Below are positions 56,297-64,000 of a stretch of DNA of 64,000 bases, in pieces. Numbering within the stretch: the stretch's first letter is position 1; each line of letters starts with the position of its first letter. Origin of the DNA: an uncultured Acidobacteriota bacterium. Lineage in GTDB: Bacteria > Acidobacteriota > Terriglobia > Terriglobales > Acidobacteriaceae. The notes under the pieces are model-generated. The model was not told where the DNA came from. It made no database searches and worked only from the letters and a program-made list of their open reading frames with translations. Made by a program: the position numbers and the translations under genes. The stretch lies in NCBI GenBank assembly GCA_963730805.1, contig CAVSTL010000006.1, forward strand, positions 124,713 through 188,712, in the 5' to 3' direction.

Positions 56297-56881
56297 TCAG
56301 GCCTTTTTTGTCGCCATTCCCGGCCCGATGCGCTTCAGATATTCGACCTTGAACTCACTTTTGGCGCGGAAAAGCAGGACCCTGAGATATTCCCGGTCCA
56401 CGCCGAAATCCCGGCAGACCTCATCGCGATCGCGCTCGTCCAGGAACACGGCTTGCAGCAAGTCCCGATCGCGCGGGGGCATATCAATCAGGATCTCCCG
56501 AATTTTTACCTTAAGTTGTTGAGCCGTCACGTGTCCCAGGGCATCCATGCCGGTGGCCGGGAGTTCCGGCTGACCCTCGTCGTCGAGCGAATCGGTGCGC
56601 GAACTGGCCCGGTAATGCTCGAACAGCACGTTGTTGCAAACCGTGTTCACAAAGGCGCCGAGTTTTTCCGGCTGGCGCAGCACGCCTCCTTTTCGCAACG
56701 CGGAAAATACCCGCGCAAACGTCTCCTGGCGCACGTCCTCGATGGCCTGCGGCGAACGCAGGCGGGACCGCAGCTTAAGGTGGAGCAACTCGGTAAAGTA
56801 ACGCACGAAATGGTCCTGCGTGGCGAAGTCGCCGGCGCATAGACTATCGACGTAACCTGCATCGAATGCGTGGAATTGCAA
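56297..56881 (-). CDS. ECF RNA polymerase sigma factor
   Basis: TTG start after GGAGAG; IEDVRQETFARVF, FVNTVCNN, MPPRDRDLL...YLRVLLFRAK. Confidence 0.9.
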   Translation of the reverse strand: MQFHAFDAGYVDSLCAGDFATQDHFVRYFTELLHLKLRSRLRSPQAIEDVRQETFARVFSALRKGGVLRQPEKLGAFVNTVCNNVLFEHYRASSRTDSLDDEGQPELPATGMDALGHVTAQQLKVKIREILIDMPPRDRDLLQAVFLDERDRDEVCRDFGVDREYLRVLLFRAKSEFKVEYLKRIGPGMATKKA

Positions 56882-57075
56882 GGCGCTCTCCGAGACTTGC
56901 GAGAACGCAAGTATAACAGCCGAAAAACAGATAACGAATAGCAAGTCTCACTTGACTGCTCGCGCCGGGCCGGTTCGGCCCCTCGCTCGCGGCAAGAACC
57001 CTTCGTCCCCAGCGGCGGTACAATGGCGTCTGCCCCTCAACTCCAGCGTTAAGAGCTGGTGAAAGCTGTGCTCTC

Positions 57076-59901
57076 GTGATTGACCACACCATTCCAATGT
57101 CGTACCGGTCCACGCGCCGCCCACGTGGCCGACGTTTTCTTATCCTCATTCTTTTGCTCCTCGCCTTGATCGCGTTCGGCAGCCGGACGGCGATTTCTTA
57201 CTACGTTGACGCCCTCTGGTTCGCCTCTCTCGGCTATCGCGCCATCTTCTGGAAATCGCTCAGCCTGGAGTGGGTGGTATTCGGGCTCTTTTTCGCGGCC
57301 ACGTTCGTCGCCCTCTACGGGTGGTTTCGGATCCTGATGCGGCTCTGCCGTCCTGAGCTCTCCACCGCCAGCACCATAGTCATTGGCTCGCGCGTCATCC
57401 AGCTTCCTGTCGAAGGCGTTCTGCGGATGGGCGGCCTCATTGGAGCCCTGCTTATCTCTCTGGCGGCCGCCGCCAGCATGATGGCCGATTGGCCCAAATT
57501 CGCTCTCTACTGGTTCCAGCCGGCGCAGGGCGGCGGCGTTGTCGATCCGATTTTCGGCCGGCCCCTCGGCTTTTACTTGTTTACTTTGCCGGTGTGGCAA
57601 TCGGTGGCCGGATGGCTGCTGATGATCGCCATCCTGTACTGCGCCATCGCCGTGGTCTTCGTCCTCATCTCCGGCGGAGCGCAACTGGTGGAGCGGCGCT
57701 TTGACCATACCGCGCCCCTCCCCTGGCGCGCCATCTCGATCGCCGCCGCCTTGCTGCTCCTGGTCGTCGCCGTGCGCGTCTATATCGGCCGCCTGGAACT
57801 GCTGCTCGAAGACCATACCGTCTTCGGCGGCGTCACCTACACCGATGCCCACGTGACCATCGGGGGCATGCTCGCGGTCTCGATTGCGCTGATCGCCGGG
57901 GCCGGAATCGCCCTGATCAATCTCGCCGCCCGGCCCCGGATCCGCTGGCTCATCCTCGCCCCGATTCCAGCCATCGCCTGCTACTTCCTGGTTCAGATCT
58001 TCGGCTGGTACGTGGCCAGCTTCATCGTCAAGCCCAACCAACTCGTCCGCGAACAGCCTTATATTGCCAACAATATCGATTTCACCCGCAAGGCCTACGC
58101 GCTTGACCGGCTCATCCAGCACCAGTTCCCGGCCGAAACCACCCTCGAAGCCGCCGACCCCGCCAACAATCAGGCCACCCTTGAAAACATCCGCCTGTGG
58201 GATTGGCACGCCCTTCAAGACACGCTCCGCCAACTCCAGGAGATCCGAACCTACTACGACTTTCCCGACATCGACATTGACCGCTACCAGATCGATGGCC
58301 AGATGCGCCAGGTGATGCTCGCCGCCCGCGAAATGAGCGTGGAAAAGCTTCCCGAAAGCAGCCGCAACTGGATCAACGAGAAACTCATCTACACCCACGG
58401 CTACGGCATCACCATGAACCCGGTCAACGGTTTCACGCCGGAAGGCCTGCCCAACCTGATCCTGAGCAACATGCCCATCCAGAGCACGGTGCCGAACCTG
58501 GACGTAAAGCGGCCCGAGATCTATTTCGGCGAGCTCACCGGTACCGACGTCTACGTGAAAACGCGCCAGAAGGAATTCAATTACCCGCAGGGCGCGACCA
58601 ACAGCGTTACCTCGTACGAGGGCGACGGCGGCATTCGCATGGGCGGCTTCCTGCGCCGCATCCTCATCTCCTTCGATCGCGGCGACCTCGGCAAGGTGCC
58701 CTTCAGCGACGACATCAATGACGACAGCCGCCTGCTGATGCGCCGCTCCATTCGGGAACGCGTGCAGGCGCTGGCTCCATTCCTGATCTTCGATTCGGAC
58801 CCTTATGTCGTCGTCGGCGACGACGGCCGCCTATCCTGGATGGTGGATGCCTACACCACCGCCGAGACCTTTCCCTACGCCAGTCACTATCAGCTTGGCG
58901 ACCGCCAGATCAACTACATGCGAAACAGCGTCAAGGTGGTGGTCGATGCCTACACCGGCGCGACGACACTTTATGTCTTCGACGCCGCCGACCCCATCCT
59001 CGCCGCCTATCGCGCTATCTTCCCGTCGCTGTTCCGCGACGTCTCTGCCATGCCTCAGGACCTGCGCCGCCACGTGCGCTATCCGGAGCTGATGTTCAAG
59101 ATGCAGGCTGCCGTTTACGGCCTCTACCACATGACTGACCCCACGGTCTTTTACAACCGCGAAGACCTGTGGACAGTTGCATCCGAAGTTGGCATGAAGG
59201 AGGGAGGCGACCAGGCGGCGCAGCCCCTGGAGCCCAACTTCGTGCTCATGAAGCTGCCCGGTGAATCCAGCAATGAGTTCGTCGAGATCCTGCCCTTCAC
59301 CCCGTCCAACCGCAACAACCTCATCGGCTGGATCGCGGGTCGCAGCGACGGAGACAACTACGGCACAGCCATCGTCTACGACTTTCCCAAGACGCGCCTG
59401 GTCGATGGTCCGCTTCAGATCGAGGCCCGCATCGACCAGAACGCGCAGCTCTCCGGCCAGTTGACGCTTTGGAACCAGCAAGGCTCCCACGTCCGCCGCG
59501 GAACCCTGCTGGTCATTCCTTGCGGCAAGGCCCTGATCTATGCCGAGGCGATTTATCTCCAGGCCGCCCAGAGCCCCATGCCTGAACTCCGGCTCGTGGT
59601 GCTCGCTCTCCAGGACAAGCTGGCCTATGGGACGACATTCGAGGCCGCGATGCGAGCGCTCTTCGGCAGCGGAACGTCATCGGTGAGCGCCGAGCCTGCC
59701 TCCGCGGAAGGGCCGCGCACCGCACCGCCGAGCTCCGGACCCGCCAACCCCACCGCTGACCTGAATTCGCTGATCGATGCCGCGGCCCGCGACCTGAACG
59801 ACTACCAGCGCCTCACCGCCGAAGGCAAACTGGGCGACGCCGGCCAGAAACTGGAGCAGCTCAAGCACAAATTGGAGCAACTGAGCAACCGCAGGAACTG
59901 A
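57076..59901 (+). CDS. UPF0182 family membrane protein
   Basis: N-terminal TMs; ENIRLWD, QEIRTYYDFPDIDIDRY, YTHGYG, NYMRNSVKVVVDAY. Confidence 0.95.
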   Translation: MIDHTIPMSYRSTRRPRGRRFLILILLLLALIAFGSRTAISYYVDALWFASLGYRAIFWKSLSLEWVVFGLFFAATFVALYGWFRILMRLCRPELSTASTIVIGSRVIQLPVEGVLRMGGLIGALLISLAAAASMMADWPKFALYWFQPAQGGGVVDPIFGRPLGFYLFTLPVWQSVAGWLLMIAILYCAIAVVFVLISGGAQLVERRFDHTAPLPWRAISIAAALLLLVVAVRVYIGRLELLLEDHTVFGGVTYTDAHVTIGGMLAVSIALIAGAGIALINLAARPRIRWLILAPIPAIACYFLVQIFGWYVASFIVKPNQLVREQPYIANNIDFTRKAYALDRLIQHQFPAETTLEAADPANNQATLENIRLWDWHALQDTLRQLQEIRTYYDFPDIDIDRYQIDGQMRQVMLAAREMSVEKLPESSRNWINEKLIYTHGYGITMNPVNGFTPEGLPNLILSNMPIQSTVPNLDVKRPEIYFGELTGTDVYVKTRQKEFNYPQGATNSVTSYEGDGGIRMGGFLRRILISFDRGDLGKVPFSDDINDDSRLLMRRSIRERVQALAPFLIFDSDPYVVVGDDGRLSWMVDAYTTAETFPYASHYQLGDRQINYMRNSVKVVVDAYTGATTLYVFDAADPILAAYRAIFPSLFRDVSAMPQDLRRHVRYPELMFKMQAAVYGLYHMTDPTVFYNREDLWTVASEVGMKEGGDQAAQPLEPNFVLMKLPGESSNEFVEILPFTPSNRNNLIGWIAGRSDGDNYGTAIVYDFPKTRLVDGPLQIEARIDQNAQLSGQLTLWNQQGSHVRRGTLLVIPCGKALIYAEAIYLQAAQSPMPELRLVVLALQDKLAYGTTFEAAMRALFGSGTSSVSAEPASAEGPRTAPPSSGPANPTADLNSLIDAAARDLNDYQRLTAEGKLGDAGQKLEQLKHKLEQLSNRRN

Positions 59902-59923
59902 TCGGGCTGTCAGCCACGAACGT

Positions 59924-59942
59924 TCCGTGCCACATCCTTGCG
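59924..59942. repeat. Degenerate left arm of the REP-like element
   Basis: TCCGTGCCACATCCTTGCG is 18/19 identical to 51894-51912. Confidence 0.7.
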
Positions 59943-59974
59943 ACGCACACACCGGGCGGTCAGGGATGAATTGC

Positions 59975-60002
59975 GGGCCAGGCATTTCTGGATGCCAGGC
60001 CC
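59975..60002. terminator. Hairpin between convergent UPF0182 and S53 genes
   Basis: GGGCC-A-GGCAT ttctgg ATGCC-A-GGCCC; no clear U-tract. Confidence 0.35.
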
Positions 60003-60053
60003 GCTCTTTCATGGGGGTGAGACAGATTGCTTTTGCGCCTCAATTGCAATCAG

Positions 60054-62057
60054 TCACTTCTGTGGAATAAGGGTAATCAAGGCTCCCATCTTGGGGGTTC
60101 CGATACCGGTTGCCAGATCATATCCGGGCGTGGCGGGAAACAAACCGTTGTTGTTGGTGGTCTGACTGATTCCGGTGATGTCGTTGAAATATCCCTTGGC
60201 ATTCAGATTGTACAGAGAGTAGAGAAGAGGGTTGGCGTTGCCGATCCGGACGTGCCAGAAGCTGTCGTGATCGGCAATAATCGCCGACCAGAGCGGCGAC
60301 GAAAGGCTGGTGCCGCCTATGCCTAACCAGCCCGGCGGAGTGTCGAATCCGCTGTATGTGGCACAGAAGCTGTAGGGGGTTGCAGCGCTGCCGGTGCAGT
60401 ACTCAGCATAGGGCGTGTACTCGTCGGCATTGGCGGAGATATCGGGAACCTCGCGGCACGGCTTTCCCACCGCCGCCAGCGAGCATTGCGTGGTGCCATT
60501 GCCATACGTTGTGTAGGGGTTGGTGATACCCGGACCAAACTGGTAGGCAGGGCGACCCCAAAACTGACTGTTTCCGCCACCTCCCGCGCCTGAAAAAGTG
60601 CACCAGAAGAAGCCTGACTGGCCGCCTTCGTTCGCGCTGGCGTTACAAAGGTTGTTGTTGTTCCATACTGTCTCGACCCCTGCCGGGTACTTCGGATTGG
60701 GATTCGCGTCCGGATTGAATGATTCGAGGGAGGTCCCGCCGACGCTCGTCACCCAAGGCTGGGAGGAGGGGTCCTCGACGTTGGCAATGGTTGTCCCATC
60801 GCCCGCGATGCACCCGAAGGCGCCGTCGTCTCCCGCGGAGGCGAACATACTCTGTCCTTGAAGAGCCATCTGCTCGAAGATCAGGTTCTCGGCCTGGACG
60901 AACCCGGCCCCGGCGTCATTCTCACAATAGCCCCAGCTGGAGCTAACTACATCGGCGAGGTTATCATTCGCGATCCGCGCATATTCATCCAAGGCAGTCT
61001 GCCCGGTGAAATCGTTTGGAGCGTTGTAGACGAGAATATGCCGGGCGTTCGGAGCGATGGCGAGCTGCGTCTCGATGTCCGCGTCGACCTCGATGTCTTC
61101 AGAGTAGCCATTGAATTCGGGTGGACACTGGTCCCCCACGGGACAGATCGGGTTAAGTGGGCCGCCATCCACGGTAATGTCGATCAGCGGGACCGTGTAC
61201 CGCGTGCCGTAGAAATAGTCTGCCCAGGTTGTGATGTCAGAGTGCTGGTAGGCGGAGAGCTCAAACAGCCCAAGATTAACGCCATCCCCCTTCCCGGCTG
61301 CGCCCAGATCGGGGGCGCCGTATATCGAGTTTTCCTGGGACGGCGTTAGACCATTGCACCCCGGGCTGCCCCCATAGCCAAAGGGGTACCCGACACCGTA
61401 GTTGACATAGTCGTAGAAATCAGTCGTAGTCGGGTATGGCGCTTCGCAGCTTGGAATTGCCGGCGAACTCGCTGCTGTCTTCGGACGTACCAGATGAGGC
61501 CGGGCGCGCACAGTATTGGACAGGCCCACTACGCCGAGAACTCCCGGGGCCAGACTGGCTGGCACGCGAATCTCTGAAGCGTTGGAGTAGTAACGGATCC
61601 CCCTGGGATTGCGATAGGTGTTGAGGGTGGTATTGAATGCTGCCTCTATCAAGCCGCTTGGCCCGCTCGCGCGCAGCAGGAACGGGGAGGAGGTTTGCTC
61701 CACCTTCAATCCTCGCTGCTGAAAATAATCCTCGACCGCGGCAATCTGGGTGTTAGTCGGAGCAAAGTGAGCGTTAAACTCGCCTTTGCCCAACCAATGG
61801 CGGTAGGTCTCACTCTTGGGGTCGTAGAGAGTTGTCAAGAGAGTTGAAAGCTCCGATTCGTGGCTGGGTCTTAGGACCACATCCACAGCCATCGCGGGGC
61901 TGCTGAACCGGCCGGTTACGGCGTCTGTCTTTGGCTGCAGGCTGCGCGGAATCACGGCAGAATCGTTGCCGGGCTGAGCCAGCGCAGAGGTGAAAAGGCA
62001 TAGAGTCAATGCGAGTATTCCTACCGCTCCTCGCAAAGTTTCTGGTCTAAAGCTCAC
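60054..62057 (-). CDS. Secreted S53 (sedolisin/kumamolisin) serine peptidase with pro-domain
   Basis: GTG after GAGGAGG; signal peptide; pro-domain (YRHWL, FAPT); EVDAD (E/D), SSSWG, ASAGDDG, GGTSLSSP (Ser), GYDLATGIGTP Ca-binding loop. Confidence 0.93.
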   Translation of the reverse strand: MSFRPETLRGAVGILALTLCLFTSALAQPGNDSAVIPRSLQPKTDAVTGRFSSPAMAVDVVLRPSHESELSTLLTTLYDPKSETYRHWLGKGEFNAHFAPTNTQIAAVEDYFQQRGLKVEQTSSPFLLRASGPSGLIEAAFNTTLNTYRNPRGIRYYSNASEIRVPASLAPGVLGVVGLSNTVRARPHLVRPKTAASSPAIPSCEAPYPTTTDFYDYVNYGVGYPFGYGGSPGCNGLTPSQENSIYGAPDLGAAGKGDGVNLGLFELSAYQHSDITTWADYFYGTRYTVPLIDITVDGGPLNPICPVGDQCPPEFNGYSEDIEVDADIETQLAIAPNARHILVYNAPNDFTGQTALDEYARIANDNLADVVSSSWGYCENDAGAGFVQAENLIFEQMALQGQSMFASAGDDGAFGCIAGDGTTIANVEDPSSQPWVTSVGGTSLESFNPDANPNPKYPAGVETVWNNNNLCNASANEGGQSGFFWCTFSGAGGGGNSQFWGRPAYQFGPGITNPYTTYGNGTTQCSLAAVGKPCREVPDISANADEYTPYAEYCTGSAATPYSFCATYSGFDTPPGWLGIGGTSLSSPLWSAIIADHDSFWHVRIGNANPLLYSLYNLNAKGYFNDITGISQTTNNNGLFPATPGYDLATGIGTPKMGALITLIPQK

Positions 62058-62439
62058 ATCATCCTCCTCATGATCGGGACGCGAAGTCGTGCCCTTACAT
62101 GGCGCGGCCAACAGACTTATCGAGGTGAGGATTTTCGGGGAAGCCAGTCGAAGGTTCGATTCGCTGGGGCCGACTGTATCTCCGCTGTGACGAGATGTCA
62201 AGCGGAATGGCCTATTGTTATGGCTCCTGACATTGGCTTCCGCGAGACAGCCATGCGGCTGTATATCAGCGATGACGATTTGCTAAGTGGGGAATGTCGC
62301 GTGTTCCGGCGATGATTCTGCTTGAACTGCCGTGATTTTGAGTTTTGGTGGTAAGGTCGCCTGCACGGAAGTGCTGCTCTGAAGATAGCCACAACTCCTT
62401 CGCTCAGGAGGACAGCGTGGGCATGGGAGATGCGCGGAT

Positions 62440-62465
62440 CCCTGGCCTCAGAAGACAGACCCGGG
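62440..62465. repeat. REP-like imperfect palindrome (CCCAGG...CCTGGG type)
   Basis: 20/26 identity to 12362-12387. Confidence 0.5.
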
Positions 62466-62500
62466 GCATGGGCACGACAACTATTCGCGAACATCGTGGT

Positions 62501-62540
62501 TTCCCATCCTTTCCGCAGAAAGAAGCGGAAAGGATGGGAA
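62501..62540. repeat. REP-like palindrome downstream of gyrA
   Basis: Perfect 16-bp stem TTCCCATCCTTTCCGC / GCGGAAAGGATGGGAA with an 8-nt loop; same arms as 51901-51936. Confidence 0.8.
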
Positions 62541-62575
62541 CGGAGAGTCGCGGCCGATTCGAGCGAAGACTGTCG

Positions 62576-64000
62576 TTACTGCAGCAGCGTGCCTTGTTCG
62601 TCGTCCTTGAGTTCCTCGGGGGGGATCACGACGGCGGCGGCGATTTTGTCGTCGGGCTCGAGGTTGAGGAGGCGGACGCCCTGGGTGGCGCGGCCGGCGG
62701 CGCGGACGGTCTTGGTGTCGATGCGGATGATCTTGCCGAACTGGCTGATGACCATCAGTTCCGAGGTGTCGTCGACTAACTGGATGGTGTTGACTTTGCC
62801 GATGCGGTCGGTGACGGCCATGTTCTTGACGCCGCGGCCGCCGCGGGTCTGGAGGCGATATTCTTCGACGTTGGTGCGCTTGCCGAAGCCGTTCTCGGTG
62901 ACGGCGAGAATGCGGAAGGCCCCTTCTTCGTGCTCCTTGGGGGTGATGGCGACGCCGACGACGTAATCGTTTTTGGCGAGGTCGATACCGCGCACGCCGT
63001 AGGCAGGACGGCCCATGGAGCGGACATCGCATTCGTCAAAGCGGATGGCCATGCCCAGATGGGTGGCGAGGAAGACGATCTGCGATCCGTCAGTGATGCG
63101 GGCAGCGACGAGTTCGTCGTCGCCGTCGATACCGATGGCGATGATGCCGCGCGCCATGACGTTGGAGAAATCCTTGAGCGGGGTCTTCTTGACGGTTCCC
63201 TTCTGGGTGGCGAAAAAGATGAACTTGCCTTCTTCTTCGAGGTCGCGCACGGGAAGGATGGCGCGGACGTTTTCGCCCTGCTGCAGGTTGAGCAGGCTCT
63301 GCATGGACTTGCCCTTGCCGGCGGCGCCGACGTCGGGGATTTCGTAGACCTTGAGCCAGTAGACGCGGCCGGCGTTGGTGAAGCAGAGCAGGTAGGCGTG
63401 AGTCGAGTCGATGATGAGCTGGGCGACGAAATCTTCTTCGCGGGTCTTCATGCCCATGCGGCCGGTGCCGCCGCGGCGCTGCTGGCGATAGATGCTGATG
63501 GGGGTGCGCTTGAGGTAGCCCTGGTGGGAGACGGTGACGGCCACCTGCTCGTCGGCGATGAGGTCTTCGAGCTGGATTTCGGCGGATTCGTCGACGATCT
63601 GGGTGCGACGCGCGTCGCCGTAGCGTTCGCGAACGTCTTCGAGTTCCTTGACGATGACCTTGCGGAGCTTTTTATCGCTGCCCAGGATCTCCTGGTACTC
63701 GGCGATTTTTGTCCTGATCTCGGCGAGTTCCTTGAGGATTTCATCGACGGAGAGCTGGGTGAGGCGATAGAGCTGCAACTCGAGGATGGCATCGACCTGG
63801 CGGAGCGTGAGGCCGCGCTCTTCGGTGGCGAGGCGCTCGCGGTCGAGGTTGATGACGATCTCGTTGCCCTTGCCCCAGGCGTAGAGGTTTTCGCGGGCTT
63901 CGGCGCGGGAGCCGGAGGCGCGGATGATGCGGATGACGGTGTCGAGATTGTCGAGGGCGATTTTGTAGCCTTCGAGGATGTGTTCGCGCTCGCGGGCCTT
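62576..64000 (-). CDS. gyrA: DNA gyrase subunit A, 3' part (5' end beyond window)
   Basis: Frame open to the window edge; QLYRLTQL, GyrA-box QRRGGTG and beta-pinwheel blades (RPAYGVRGI, TRGGRGV, RATQGVRL); acidic tail. Confidence 0.95.
   Translation of the reverse strand, partial: KAREREHILEGYKIALDNLDTVIRIIRASGSRAEARENLYAWGKGNEIVINLDRERLATEERGLTLRQVDAILELQLYRLTQLSVDEILKELAEIRTKIAEYQEILGSDKKLRKVIVKELEDVRERYGDARRTQIVDESAEIQLEDLIADEQVAVTVSHQGYLKRTPISIYRQQRRGGTGRMGMKTREEDFVAQLIIDSTHAYLLCFTNAGRVYWLKVYEIPDVGAAGKGKSMQSLLNLQQGENVRAILPVRDLEEEGKFIFFATQKGTVKKTPLKDFSNVMARGIIAIGIDGDDELVAARITDGSQIVFLATHLGMAIRFDECDVRSMGRPAYGVRGIDLAKNDYVVGVAITPKEHEEGAFRILAVTENGFGKRTNVEEYRLQTRGGRGVKNMAVTDRIGKVNTIQLVDDTSELMVISQFGKIIRIDTKTVRAAGRATQGVRLLNLEPDDKIAAAVVIPPEELKDDEQGTLLQ

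Overview
A ~60% GC chromosomal window whose 16S rRNA and gene content point to an Acidobacteriaceae (subdivision 1) genome; this is my recognition, not a database result. From left to right: end of a methionine-salvage cluster (probable mtnD tail, mtnC, MarC family); a complete rRNA operon (16S, tRNA-Ile, tRNA-Ala, 23S, 5S) with three sigma70-like promoters; TetR and a membrane protein; envelope genes (Met/His-rich barrel, YfgM-like TPR, ECF sigma/anti-sigma, YvlD); an amino-sugar operon (collapsed ROK kinase relic, SIS protein, MFS); a signalling block (PAS-PAS kinase, two stand-alone receivers, KaiC-like ATPase, pseudo-receiver kinase); a polysaccharide-utilisation-like locus (TPRs, orphan sugar-binding protein, kinase/NarL regulator, TonB-dependent receptor, GH51, GH5-like, GH88/105) with an embedded phospholipase C; Lhr helicase; a ThuA-VOC-VOC fusion; a triple-CBM41 pullulanase; an ECF sigma / zinc-finger anti-sigma / unknown protein / TPR-CHAT protease operon; UPF0182; an S53 peptidase; and the 3' part of gyrA. 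No CRISPR array, transposase, integrase or prophage was seen. The best candidates for under-described systems are the ECF/anti-sigma/X/TPR-CHAT operon, the KaiC plus pseudo-receiver kinase pair, and the orphan sugar-binding protein with an OB-fold-like sensor kinase. Three long genes and the ROK relic are each broken by single extra bases, which may be assembly errors. A family of REP-like palindromes occurs in intergenic regions.
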